From positions 6,945 to 70,944 of the forward strand of contig JAFZSR010000090.1 of assembly GCA_017619275.1 (NCBI GenBank): DNA of 64,000 nucleotides. The letters run 5' to 3'. The notes below the pieces were generated by a model. It did no database searches. It was given only the letters and a program-made list of their open reading frames with translations, and was not told the origin of the DNA. Position 1 is the stretch's first letter. The number at the start of each line of letters is the position of its first letter. The position numbers and the translations under genes were made by a program. This stretch comes from Prevotella sp. Lineage in GTDB: Bacteria > Bacteroidota > Bacteroidia > Bacteroidales > Bacteroidaceae. Of this stretch, positions 1 to 10,700 are shown in pieces.

Positions 1-800
1 AAGCGCGAGGCCACCGAGAAATAGCCCACCGACTCCTTGCTGATTATCTGTCCAATCATCAGCTGGTCGATGCGCTGGTAGATGATGACGGCAGCACTTG
101 TGATGAGCAGGGGAAACGATTCCTTGACCAGGAAACGGGCGTAATGGCCATCGAACCGCCATTGGCGCACGCTACCCACCTTGGACCTGTAGGCCAATAG
201 GTAGCCACTCGACAGCAGCACCCCATCGAAAACATAGGCCACAACAATCCATAGCAATGGGGCATGCACAAGCACCAGTGTCAGCTTGACGGCAATGCCA
301 ATCACAGTGCGCACAATCTCCGATTTCACCACATACTCGTTCTGCATGATGGCCATGAAATAGTTGCGCACCACGCTGAGCGAATTGATGACGATGCTAA
401 ATGCGTAGATGGCAATCAGCAGCGAGGTGTAGCTGTCGGACTCAGTGAGAATGGAAGTAACGATGACCAGTGCAATGAACACAATGCCACTGAGCACCTT
501 GATGCCGAAAGCAGTGCCAATAATCTTCTGGTAAGGTTCCTTGGCGCGGGCCTCCTCGCGCACTTCGATGGCATCGAGGCCAAAGATGGCAAAGGTCTGG
601 AACAAGAACACATAGCTGATGACGTAGTTCATCAGTCCATATTGTTCAGGCCCTAAATAACGCGCGATGACAATTCCCACAAATAGGCCGCTGGCCAGCG
701 TCACCACTTTGCCGATGACCGCCCAGAATAGGTTCTGTGCAATCAGCTGCTTCGTGTCCGACAGGTGCAGATGTTGGGCTAAACGTCGTAGGAAGGCCAT
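1..800 (-). CDS. Polysaccharide flippase (Wzx-like), runs off the window start
   Basis: Not in the ORF track. Read manually from ATG at 800: MAFLRRLAQHLHLSDTKQLIAQNLFWAVIGKVVTLASGLFVGIVIARYLGPEQYGLMNYVISYVFLFQ. The ARYLGPEQYG motif and hydrophobic helices are typical of Wzx flippases, and it lies downstream of wza/wzz-like genes. Confidence 0.85.
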   Translation of the reverse strand, partial: MAFLRRLAQHLHLSDTKQLIAQNLFWAVIGKVVTLASGLFVGIVIARYLGPEQYGLMNYVISYVFLFQTFAIFGLDAIEVREEARAKEPYQKIIGTAFGIKVLSGIVFIALVIVTSILTESDSYTSLLIAIYAFSIVINSLSVVRNYFMAIMQNEYVVKSEIVRTVIGIAVKLTLVLVHAPLLWIVVAYVFDGVLLSSGYLLAYRSKVGSVRQWRFDGHYARFLVKESFPLLITSAAVIIYQRIDQLMIGQIISKESVGYFSVASR

Positions 801-809
801 CCTGAATCG

Positions 810-1862
810 TTAGAAGGTGAAATGGAGTTCTTTCCTCACCATCCAGAATGCCCTGGCCACAAACACCAGGAAGAGCATGGTGCCTACGAAAATCATACGT
901 TTGGGTCCAGCGGGCTTGACTGGAACTGCAGCGCCCTTGAGCAGTGTGAAGGCGGGTGTTCGCTCCTGCACCTTGCTGCGTGCGGCTTGTAGCTGTGCGC
1001 TGAGTGCCGAGTAGGTGCTGTATTTCAGCTGCATCTCGTTCTCCAAGGCATCCCGCTTGTTCTGGTAGCTGGTAAGCTGCATGTTCATGTTCGCATCCGA
1101 GAAGCGGGCATGCCGCTTATAAGCCTCTTCGTAGTCGCGACGAGCACTGTCCACCAGCTGCTCATAGTAAGCCATGTCAATGCGAGCCTTGTTGGTGCGG
1201 TATCTGGTAATGTAATCCTGTAGTTTCACAATGAGTGAGTCGGAGAGTGCTTTGCACACTGACGGTTCCTGGTCGGTCACGTTGATGGTGATAACACCCG
1301 TTTTCTTGTCCACCGAGAGCTTCACATTACCTTGTATGATCATCAGGATGTCGTTTTGGCGCAGTGACAGATGATATGGGTCGAAAGCGGCTTTTCCACT
1401 GCTTTCCACCTCCTTTTTCTTGAACAGATTCTTGAACCAACTGATGGCCGGTGCCCACCACGTGGATTTCTGGTGCTTGTTCAGATAGTCGTAGTAGGTG
1501 GTGCTGATGTGCCGGTCTTCGGTATTCACCTCAATCTTGATGTCGAAGAGGCTGCACACGAAGGCATTGTCATCCATCAGGTCGGGGTAGAGTAGGGGGT
1601 TGATGGCATCTGACGACTGCATTTCGCCCAAGTCGAATCCAAAGGAAGAAGCTATTGAACCCAGCATGCTGCCTCCCGATGCCGACTCCGACTCAGGTGC
1701 GAGCTTCGATTCGGTGTTGTAGAACCGGGGGAAGCTGAAAATATAGATACAAGAAAGAACGAAAGTAATGGCCAGCGGCAGAATGAATTTCTTGCGCTGT
1801 GACTTGATTTTTGAAGCAATCTCACTGAGGTTGATGACTTCCTGCTGTTTGGTTTCTCCCAT
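810..1862 (-). CDS. Polysaccharide chain-length determinant (Wzz-like)
   Basis: 350 aa with N- and C-terminal TM helices, a coiled-coil periplasmic region and the Pro-rich motif AAVPVKPAGPKR before TM2. Confidence 0.85.
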   Translation of the reverse strand: MGETKQQEVINLSEIASKIKSQRKKFILPLAITFVLSCIYIFSFPRFYNTESKLAPESESASGGSMLGSIASSFGFDLGEMQSSDAINPLLYPDLMDDNAFVCSLFDIKIEVNTEDRHISTTYYDYLNKHQKSTWWAPAISWFKNLFKKKEVESSGKAAFDPYHLSLRQNDILMIIQGNVKLSVDKKTGVITINVTDQEPSVCKALSDSLIVKLQDYITRYRTNKARIDMAYYEQLVDSARRDYEEAYKRHARFSDANMNMQLTSYQNKRDALENEMQLKYSTYSALSAQLQAARSKVQERTPAFTLLKGAAVPVKPAGPKRMIFVGTMLFLVFVARAFWMVRKELHFTF

Positions 1863-1883
1863 TGGATGGTTCTTTCTGGTTGT

Positions 1884-4388
1884 TTACTTAAAAATGTTCA
1901 CCATCGTGGCAATCATGGTGGCGATGCTGGCGGTTGATGAGCCTATGGCCAACATCTCGGCGGTGCTCATGCGGCGGGATTGCTGCTTGGTGGGCACCAC
2001 GATTTCGCAGCCGGGTTTAGGTTTGTGCTTGCGGTCGGCCTTTGCCACGTTGCCGTTCATGTAGATGATGTACGTCTGGCGCTTGCGGGCATTGTCGCCG
2101 AATCCACCCGCCTGGTTGATGTAGTACTTCAGACTCTCTCCCTCGACGAAGCTGGTGGTGTTGGGATACATCACCTCGCCATTGATTTTCACCGTTCCGC
2201 TGTATTCGGGCACGATGATGCGGTCGCCTTCGCGCAGCACGATGTCGGCATCGCTGCCGGGGTTGGCCAGTGCCTTGTCGAGCTCGATACCCACGGGATA
2301 GGTGCTACCCATGTCAAGCTTGCTCACGTCGATAGAGTCCTTTCCGCCTGAGCGTTTGGCGGCGTTGCGCAGCGCTTCCTGGCGGGCCAGCTCCTCGGTG
2401 GTGCGCTGGCGCACCAGTCGGGCACCGGCGGGATAGGCGGTCTTCGACAAGCCTCCGGCCTTCTTGATGATTTCGCTCAGTCGCTCGCTCTTCTTCGTGA
2501 GCGTATAGGTGCCATCGAAGAGCACTTCGCCCTCCACATACACGTTCTGCTGTTGCGAGTAGCCTGGGCTCTTGCGCACATAGACCTCGTCGAAGGGCAT
2601 CAGGTGGAAGCCTTCGGTGCCATCAATCACGAAGCCGTCCTTGATGGCGAAGCTGAAGTAATGGGCCAGCGTGTCCTGCGACTCCTTGGCGTAGGGGTTG
2701 ATGATGCGCCGTGCCACGTCGACCTTTACCATCGAAGCGGCATCGGTGGGGCCTCCAGCCTGCAGGATGAAGTCTTCGATGGTCTCGTTCTCGGCATATT
2801 TGTAGATACCGGGGTACTGCACTTCACCGTGGATGGTGAGTGTGGGCATGTCGATGGTTTCCTTGCGGCTTGCTATCCAGAGCACGTCTTCGTTGCGCAG
2901 GGGCACGTCGGGCACGGAGCCATCCATGATGCCTGCCACGTCTACGGCCAGCACTTCAAGCGTGCGGTCGCTCTTCATGCGGTGCATCACGCCATGTCCG
3001 GCGAAAGCCTCCTCTGTAAGGCTGTCGGCGGCCATGATGAGCGAGCGCACGGTGGTGATGTTGCCTCCAATCTCATACTGTCCGGGATGGAACACAGCAC
3101 CCTTCACCTCGGCCATGTTCTGATAGCGGGCCACGATGCTGTCGACGTAGAGCGAGTCGCCATCGGCCAAATGGAAGGAGGCGAAGTCGAACTCGTCGAC
3201 GGTATGCACCGAGTAGAGGGCTCCCGACTTGCGGCTCACGCGCACAGCGGTCCTGAAAGCGTCGCTGGCAAAGCCACCAGCATACTTCAGCAGTGCCGAC
3301 AGGCTCTCGCCAGTCTTCATTTCGTAGAACATGGGGCGCTTCACACGGCCGCTGGCACGCACCAGGCAGTCGTAGGCTCCCACAATAATCACGTCGTTGT
3401 CGGTTAGCTTCACATTGCCCGTTGCTTTACCGTTGAGAATGAAATCGTAGACGTCGACGGTAGAGATGAGCTTGTTGTTGCGATACACCATGATGTTGCG
3501 AAGCGTTCCAATGTCGGTGATACCGCCAGCCATGTAGAGCGCGTTGAACACGGTGGAGAAGGCCGAGAGCGTGTAGGTGCCCGGATAGTTCACTTCGCCC
3601 ATCACGTTCACCAGGATGGTGCGTGTCTGACCCACCGACAAGCGTATCTGGCTGTCGGCATAGCGGGGACCAACCTGCGAGCGCAATCGCGAGTTGGCCT
3701 GTGCCACGGTGAGTCCGCCCAACTGAACGGGCCCCACACCAGCGATGGTGACATATCCTTCGGGGGTGATGGTGGCATCGAAGGTCTCTTGCGAGGCACC
3801 ATAGACTTCAATCGTCACCGCATCGCCAGGGCCTAAGCGGTAGTCGGAGGGTGTGGCGATGTTCATGTTTGGCTCAAACGACAGTGCCTCGTTGTTGAAG
3901 ATGTCGTGGCCATAGATTTTGTTCTCCATGTTCTGCTGTCGCTCCAGCAGTTGCTCCAGCAATGCGATGGAGTCTACGGGGAGCAGACCGCCCATCTCGG
4001 CTTGCATCTGGATGAACAAGGGGTCGTCGGTGTTGGTGTTTTGGCGATTCGAACCCTGAATCACCTGCACCTGCCCCATTCCTGTGGTGTTTCGCTGCTG
4101 CCCGTTGTTCTTGCGCAGGTGGTCGTCGGGCTTGGTCATGGCTTCGTCGGCCACGGTGCCCATGCCGCGATCGTTGAGCTGTCGCTCATACTTGCGCCTG
4201 ACGCGCTGTATTTGCTGGATGTCAACGCCACGCTTCATCAAGTTCATCACAATCTCATCCTGCGGAGTGCCCTTTTCCTTTTCTTCCAAGATGTAGGAAA
4301 CGAGTTGCTGGTCGGACATGCCCGACTGCGCCCACACTCCCGTTGCCGTGAGCAGCAGGAAGAAGAGTGGCAGCAATTGCTTTTTCAT
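1884..4388 (-). CDS. Polysaccharide export protein with multiple SLBB domains (Wza/KpsD-like)
   Basis: 834 aa with a signal peptide, the Poly_export motif DYRLGPGD and repeated SLBB motifs (V.GEV.YPG.Y ... AGG). Confidence 0.9.
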   Translation of the reverse strand: MKKQLLPLFFLLLTATGVWAQSGMSDQQLVSYILEEKEKGTPQDEIVMNLMKRGVDIQQIQRVRRKYERQLNDRGMGTVADEAMTKPDDHLRKNNGQQRNTTGMGQVQVIQGSNRQNTNTDDPLFIQMQAEMGGLLPVDSIALLEQLLERQQNMENKIYGHDIFNNEALSFEPNMNIATPSDYRLGPGDAVTIEVYGASQETFDATITPEGYVTIAGVGPVQLGGLTVAQANSRLRSQVGPRYADSQIRLSVGQTRTILVNVMGEVNYPGTYTLSAFSTVFNALYMAGGITDIGTLRNIMVYRNNKLISTVDVYDFILNGKATGNVKLTDNDVIIVGAYDCLVRASGRVKRPMFYEMKTGESLSALLKYAGGFASDAFRTAVRVSRKSGALYSVHTVDEFDFASFHLADGDSLYVDSIVARYQNMAEVKGAVFHPGQYEIGGNITTVRSLIMAADSLTEEAFAGHGVMHRMKSDRTLEVLAVDVAGIMDGSVPDVPLRNEDVLWIASRKETIDMPTLTIHGEVQYPGIYKYAENETIEDFILQAGGPTDAASMVKVDVARRIINPYAKESQDTLAHYFSFAIKDGFVIDGTEGFHLMPFDEVYVRKSPGYSQQQNVYVEGEVLFDGTYTLTKKSERLSEIIKKAGGLSKTAYPAGARLVRQRTTEELARQEALRNAAKRSGGKDSIDVSKLDMGSTYPVGIELDKALANPGSDADIVLREGDRIIVPEYSGTVKINGEVMYPNTTSFVEGESLKYYINQAGGFGDNARKRQTYIIYMNGNVAKADRKHKPKPGCEIVVPTKQQSRRMSTAEMLAIGSSTASIATMIATMVNIFK

Positions 4389-4456
4389 ATCTATTATATT
4401 CTTTTTTTATATTATTATAAACTGCCAAATGCTTTAATTATTGTAAAAGCGGCCGA

Positions 4457-4464
4457 CAAAGGTA
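4457..4464 (-). promoter_or_regulatory. Bacteroidetes -7 promoter element (TACCTTTG) for the polysaccharide locus
   Basis: Matches TAnnTTTG on the minus strand about 70 bp upstream of the wza-like ATG. Confidence 0.6.
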
Positions 4465-4540
4465 CGAAAAAAATAGGAGTTAATGATGGACTCTCAATAC
4501 TTTTTAACATTGAAACAATAAAAATGGGCAATTCGGTGCT

Positions 4541-4730
4541 TTGAGCAGGCCGCTTTCTACTAACTACGGTCAGTCTTTTTATTTGTTTAAACCGCGTCGC
4601 AGTCTATATAAACCACGACGCGGTTTTTATAGACTACGACGTAGTTTATAAAAATCACGACGTAATTTAAAGAATGTTTGCGCGTCGGGAGCATAAGTCC
4701 TGGCGAAGGTTTCTTTTCCCGAACCGCAAA
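4541..4730 (-). repeat. Dispersed repeat with four 21-bp-period palindromes, copy 1 (inverted relative to copies 2 and 3)
   Basis: The reverse complement of core 4571-4705 aligns without gaps to 22551-22685 (about 20 mismatches in 135 by eye) and to 61484-61615. Flanks extend the match to copy 2 (4541-4570) and copy 3 (4706-4730). Confidence 0.9.
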
Positions 4731-4774
4731 ATCAAAAATAGTGGTTTGTTTGTCAATAATTGCAGATATGGTTT

Positions 4775-4806
4775 TTTGGCTGTTTGCATTTTTTTATGTA
4801 CTTTTG
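4775..4806 (+). promoter_or_regulatory. Sigma-A promoter of the fasciclin-SusCD operon
   Basis: TTTG (4775-4778), a 20-nt spacer and TACTTTTG (4799-4806) match the Bacteroidetes -33/-7 consensus. Confidence 0.7.
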
Positions 4807-4884
4807 CAGCGTAAAAGTGTCGACTACTTTTAAAGTAACCATGTAACTTGACCAAAATTATTAGCTAATAACACATATAAGCTT

Positions 4885-7785
4885 ATGAAGAAATTCTTTT
4901 TCTGTGCCTCTCTCGTTCTGGCAGGTCTGATGACCTCGTGCATCGACAAGAACGAGGAGGTGGATGCCGACAAACGACCGTCGTGGCTGGGTTCGAGCAT
5001 CTATGCGGAGCTGAAGAACCCCACTGAGCGCGGACTACTGACGGGCACGTTCAACAACTACCTGCGGCTGATCGACGACCTGGGCTACGACGAGGTGCTC
5101 AATCGTACGGGCTCGAAGACGGTGTTCCCCGCCAACGACGAGGCCTTCGGCCGGTTCTTCCAAAAGAACGACTGGGGCGTGACCAGCTACGAGCAGCTGT
5201 CGGAGGCTCAAAAGAAGCTGCTACTCTACAACTCCATGCTCGACAACGCCCTGCTGCTGGGCATGCTGCCCAACGTGAGCAACGGCACCAACGAACCCAT
5301 GAAGGGCCAGGCCGTGCGCCACGCCACCAACGTGAGCATCATCGACACCGTGCAGTGGGTGCCTGGCAGCGGCGACATCAGCCGACGCCCCTCGGGCATG
5401 CCTGCCAACAACAGCCACTGGACGAAGTACTACGAGAAGGGGTTGCACATGGTGACCGACGCCACACGCCCCATGATGGTGCACCTGACGCGTGAGTATA
5501 TGCTCAACAACGGCATCACCACGCTGGGCGACCAGAGCGACTTTGCCATCCTCACCGGCGAGCCCTACAGCGACGGCGTGGCCTACATCTTCAACGACAA
5601 GGTGGAGCATGGCGACATCACCTGCCAGAATGGATACATTCACCAGATGCGCGACGTGCTGGTGCCGCCAGGCAACATGGCCCAGGTGCTGCGTCGCAAG
5701 GACAACACCAGCATCTTCAGTCGTCTGGTGGACTATTTTGCCGCTCCCTACTACGACGAGAACACCACCCGCAACTACAACGACTGGGCCTTGGTGAATG
5801 GGCGCACACCCATCGACTCCATCTACCAGTTGCGCTACCTGAGCAACCGCTCGCAGGGCGCCGCCCTGACCAACACGCCCGAAAGGCAGACGCTGTCGAC
5901 ATCGGAGGTGCTGGGATTCGACCCCGGTTGGAACCAGTACTACCCACGCCCTGCCAGCAGTGCCGGTGGGCTCGACTTCGGCATCATGGACATGGGGGCC
6001 TGCTTCGCTCCCAGCGACGATGCCGTGAAGCGCTATTTCCTTCCCGGTGGCGCGGGCGCGTACCTTATAGATATATATGGCGACAAGCCCAACACGGTGG
6101 AGAATCTGCTGGAGAACCTCGACTCGCTGCAGTCGAAGAACCCACAGGTGCTCACCGCCTTCGCCAAGAACCTGATGAAACCCAGTTTCATCGCCACTGT
6201 GCCCAGCAAGTTCGACGCCATCACCAACGACGCCTCGGAGAACATGGGTCTCTCGCTCTCGCTGCTGGGAAAGAAGGCCGACGGTGGATATGACATCACC
6301 ATCGCCAACAACGGTGCCATCTACGTGATGGACGAGCTCATTGCCCCCGACGAGTACCAGTCGGTGATGGCTCCGGCATCGGTATTCCCCGACATGAAGG
6401 TCATCAACTGGATGATACAGGACCGCACGCCCGAGAATCCCAACGCATGGAACCTCGGCGTGGACTTCCGCTATTATCTGCTGGCCATGAGCGCCAACTA
6501 CGCGCTCTTCCTGCCCGACGACTCCGCCTTCGACCTCTATTACCTCGACCCCACTTCGCTCGGACACCTGAAGAACAACCAGCCCGGCACACAGCAGGCT
6601 GTGCTGCTACACGTGTACTACGACACGAAGGCACGCACTCAGCCCTACCTGGCATGCAGCCGGCACTATTACGACATGGAGACGGGCGAGATTGACAGTC
6701 TCTTCCCCGGAAAGGTAGCCCTGGGCGAGGTGAAGAGCCAGCTCGTTGACATCCTGAATTACCACACGCTGGTGCTTGAACAGGGCGACGTGATTGGCAC
6801 CAACCATTACTACAAGACGAAGCACGGCGGTGCCGTCTATGTGGACGGCAACCTGGAGAACGGACGAGTGATGTCGGGACTGCAGATTGAAGACCCCGAG
6901 CATTTCCCTGCTCCCCGCATCAAGAGCATCTACAACGAGAAGAACGGCGTGGCCTACCGACTGGATCGCGTGATACAGCCACCCACCAAAAGCGTCTATA
7001 ATGTACTGAGCAACACCGTCGTTGACGGCGACACCATCTTTGCCGAATTCCTGCAAGCATGCATGGGCTTCGGAGCCACCGAGATACTGGAGTGGGCTGG
7101 TATCTCGAAAGTGAATCCCAAGGACAACAAACTGCCCTCGCCGCAGGATGCCTACACCATCTTCACACGCGACTACAAGCTGGGCACCACCGAGCGGGCT
7201 GAGGCCTGTCTGGACTACAACGTGAAGATGTTCAACACCTATAACTACACCCTCTTCGCTCCCGACAACAAAGCCATGGCCAAGGCCCACGCCGAGGGTC
7301 TGCCCACATGGGAGAGCATTCAGAACCTATTCCTGAAATATCATGGCGACGACGTGGAGCAGACCATCGACGAGGCCACGGGACAGGTCATTGTGACCGA
7401 CCAAGAAAAGGCCGACCAGGAAAAGGCCTTCCAGATGATTAAAGCACTGCGCGACTTCGTGCGCTACCACTTCGTCACCAACTCCATCTATGCCGACAAC
7501 ATCGTGGACGGAGGCAAGCGCCAGACGCTGAGCAGCGACGACAACGGACTGGCACGCGAGGTGACGATAACCGGCCAGAACGGTATCATCAACGTGGCCG
7601 ACATGCGTAGCGGACACACCGTGAGCGTGAACGCCGACGGCACCACTGGCCTGGTGAACAAGATGACTCGCGACTACTGGTTCACCGACACTAAGACACG
7701 CGCTAAGGGCATTGAAACGTCGTCGTTCTGTGTCGTCCACCAAATATCGGAACCTCTCTATAACATAAATAGTACATGGAAATGA
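4885..7785 (+). CDS. Fasciclin (FAS1) domain lipoprotein
   Basis: Lipobox LMTSC and repeated FAS1 motifs: KTVFPANDEAF, YALFLPDDSAF, YTLFAPDNKAM, NGYIHQMRDVL, VVHQISEPL. Confidence 0.85.
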   Translation: MKKFFFCASLVLAGLMTSCIDKNEEVDADKRPSWLGSSIYAELKNPTERGLLTGTFNNYLRLIDDLGYDEVLNRTGSKTVFPANDEAFGRFFQKNDWGVTSYEQLSEAQKKLLLYNSMLDNALLLGMLPNVSNGTNEPMKGQAVRHATNVSIIDTVQWVPGSGDISRRPSGMPANNSHWTKYYEKGLHMVTDATRPMMVHLTREYMLNNGITTLGDQSDFAILTGEPYSDGVAYIFNDKVEHGDITCQNGYIHQMRDVLVPPGNMAQVLRRKDNTSIFSRLVDYFAAPYYDENTTRNYNDWALVNGRTPIDSIYQLRYLSNRSQGAALTNTPERQTLSTSEVLGFDPGWNQYYPRPASSAGGLDFGIMDMGACFAPSDDAVKRYFLPGGAGAYLIDIYGDKPNTVENLLENLDSLQSKNPQVLTAFAKNLMKPSFIATVPSKFDAITNDASENMGLSLSLLGKKADGGYDITIANNGAIYVMDELIAPDEYQSVMAPASVFPDMKVINWMIQDRTPENPNAWNLGVDFRYYLLAMSANYALFLPDDSAFDLYYLDPTSLGHLKNNQPGTQQAVLLHVYYDTKARTQPYLACSRHYYDMETGEIDSLFPGKVALGEVKSQLVDILNYHTLVLEQGDVIGTNHYYKTKHGGAVYVDGNLENGRVMSGLQIEDPEHFPAPRIKSIYNEKNGVAYRLDRVIQPPTKSVYNVLSNTVVDGDTIFAEFLQACMGFGATEILEWAGISKVNPKDNKLPSPQDAYTIFTRDYKLGTTERAEACLDYNVKMFNTYNYTLFAPDNKAMAKAHAEGLPTWESIQNLFLKYHGDDVEQTIDEATGQVIVTDQEKADQEKAFQMIKALRDFVRYHFVTNSIYADNIVDGGKRQTLSSDDNGLAREVTITGQNGIINVADMRSGHTVSVNADGTTGLVNKMTRDYWFTDTKTRAKGIETSSFCVVHQISEPLYNINSTWK

Positions 7786-10700
7786 AGAAGCTATTCACGA
7801 CTACCCTCATGGCACTTGCCGTGCAGATAGCAGCGGCACAGGGCGTGAGAATATCAGGAACGCTGACCGACAGCGAAGGCCCCGTGATGATGGGCAACGT
7901 GGTGGAGGTCGACGCCAACAACCGTATTGTATCGGCCACGCAAACCGACTTCAACGGCAACTTCTCGCTCACCGTGAAGAGCACGAAGAACAAGCTGAAG
8001 TTCTCGTACGTGGGCGACCGTGAAAAGGTGCTCACCATTGGCAGCCAAACCAACTTCAAGGTGAAGCTCGAGCCCGCCAACACGCAGCTCAAGGAGGTGA
8101 AAATCACAGGACGTCGCAACAACTCGGGCGGACTGATGATTCAGAAGAAGGAGATTACCACCGCCTCGCAAACCATGAACATGGAGAGCGTGGAGGGACT
8201 TGCCTTCACATCGGCCGACGAGGCGCTGCAGGGTGAGATTGCCGGTCTTGACATTGTGTCGAATTCGGGTAACCTGGGAGCAGGAACACAGATGCGTCTG
8301 CGTGGTATTACCACCCTCTCGGCAAACGCCAACCCGCTCATCGTCGTCGACGACAAAATCTTCGAAAACCCCGACGAGAACTTCGACTATACCAATGCCG
8401 ACGAGGAACAGTACTCGTCGTTGCTATCGGTGAATGTGGAGGATATTGCCAGCATCACCGTTCTCAAGGACGCTGCCGCAACAGCCATCTGGGGCTCGCG
8501 AGGCAGCAACGGTGTGATTCAAATCACCACCAAGCGCGGCGCACGAGGCAAACCACGTATCAACGTGTCGTATAAGTTCACAGGCACATGGCAGCCCGAC
8601 GGCTACAAGCTGCTGAACGGTGACGACTATACCATGCTGATGAAGGAGGAGTTCTACAACCCCACCCAGCAGAGCGACCGCACCACCGACATTGCCGAGC
8701 TGAACTACGACAAGAGCTGGGGTGAATATGAGAACTGGAACAACAACACCGACTGGGTGAAAGCCGTGAAGCAGTTTGGTGCCATGCACGACTGGAACGT
8801 CAACCTCACCGGCGGCGGACAGAAAGCTACCTTCCGCATCTCGGCCGGCTACAAGTATCAGACTGGCTCCATCATCGAACAGAAGTTCCAGCAGTTCTCC
8901 ACCCGCATGGCACTCGACTACAACGTGAGCGACCGCATTCGGTTCATCACCAACTTCGCACTCACCTACACCAACAACCACAAGAACTATAGTGGTATAT
9001 TGGGAAAGGCGCAGCAGATTGCCCCCAACATGAGCATCTACCGTCAGACGGCCGACGGCGAAGACACCAACGAATACTACCTGATGAACCCATCGGCCAG
9101 CGCAGCACAGAGTCCTTACGACGGGGCACTCTCCAGCTACGACCTATCGTCCATTCGCAGCATCGGCAACCCCGTAGCCATCGCTCACGACGCATGGTCG
9201 AAGGACCGTACCTATCGCCTCACCCCCGACTTCACCATCAAGTATGAAATCCTGGGAAAGGACGAAGAGAAGAGCCGACTCACCTTCAACGGACGCGTTG
9301 ACTTCGACATCTTTGCCGAGAGCAAGCCCGACTATTATCCTGCATCGCTCACCACCAACAAGTGGAACGCCAGCAACTATAACCAAACCAGCAACTACGA
9401 AACCAACAGCATGCGCATCGGAGGTAGGGCAGAGCTGGTGTTCACGCCTTATTTCACCAACCGCGACTGGAGCACCACCATGCTGGCACGATATGAAATG
9501 AGCATGCAGCGCAACAGCAACCAAACCACCAACATGGACCACCTTCCCAATGGCTTCACCTCGCCCACGGTGAACGCCTACACTGGCTCCACCAGCAGCG
9601 GCAACGGGCGCTCCAACTCGGAGAACCTGCTCTACAACGGACACGTGAGCTATCTCGACGGACGCTACTCGCTGGGACTCTCGCTGCGCACCGACTGCGA
9701 CTCGAAGTTCGGTCCCAAGAACAAGTGGGCCGTCTTCCCGGGTCTCTCCGCTCGTTGGAATGTCATCGACGAACCTTTCATGCAGTGGTCGCGCAAGTTC
9801 ATCTCCATGCTCGGTTTCCGCGCTTCTTGGGGACGTACGGGTAAGGCACCCGACAACGATTACCTGTTCTACAATACCTACAACACCTCGGTGGGCAACT
9901 ACGGAAAGGGCAACGACACCGACTCCTACGCCACGCTGAGCGGACTGAAGCTCGACGACCTGCGCTGGGAGAAGACCACCTCGTCGAACCTTGGTGTCAA
10001 TCTGGGACTTTTCAACGACCGGTTGGAAATGAATGTGGAATACTACTTCCGCGACACACGCGACATGCTGCAAGGACTGAGCATCCCATCCTACACGGGA
10101 TTCAACAAAGTGGAATACGCCAATGTGGGACGGATGACCAATCAGGGATGGGAGTTGAACCTGGATGCTCGTCGACTGCTGAAATTTGGCAAGTTCTCGA
10201 TGGACTTCAGTTTCAACATCGCGCAGAACACCAACCTGCTGAAGGAAATGAACGAGAGCGTGCTCCAAAGCATCAACGGCACCACCTGGGACTACAACAA
10301 GCGGGCAAAGTCGGCCTATCCCATCCGCGTGCAGCTGAACAACTCGCTCGGCTCCATCTATGGATTCCACTACAAGGGAGTATACCAGTACACCTACGAA
10401 TATCTGGACAACTATCGCAAGGAACACGGACTGACGCCACAGCAGTATGAGCAATGGATCAACGAGTTCCTGGCTGCAGGGCATACCGCACCCGTGGCAA
10501 CCGACAAGGACGGACGCGTCATCATGGAGAACAACGGCTCGCCCAAGCACATGAAGTATGCCTATCAGCAGCTCACCGTCAACGGACAGAAAGGCTACAA
10601 TTTCCAGGGCGGTGACCTCATCTATGAGGACATCAACCACGATGGAAACATCGACGCGCTCGACGTTGTCTATCTGGGCAACTCCCTGCCCAAGGCCAAC

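Noticed and set aside
4400-4560. Invertible capsule promoter of the Bacteroides type
   Set aside because: I saw no short inverted repeat pair bracketing the -7 element and no recombinase or upxY gene in the window.
4585-4670. Possible CRISPR array (also 22588-22670, 40750-40812, 49307-49372, 61520-61600)
   Set aside because: Units are contiguous at a 21-22-bp period without unique 30-40-nt spacers, and no cas genes are present.
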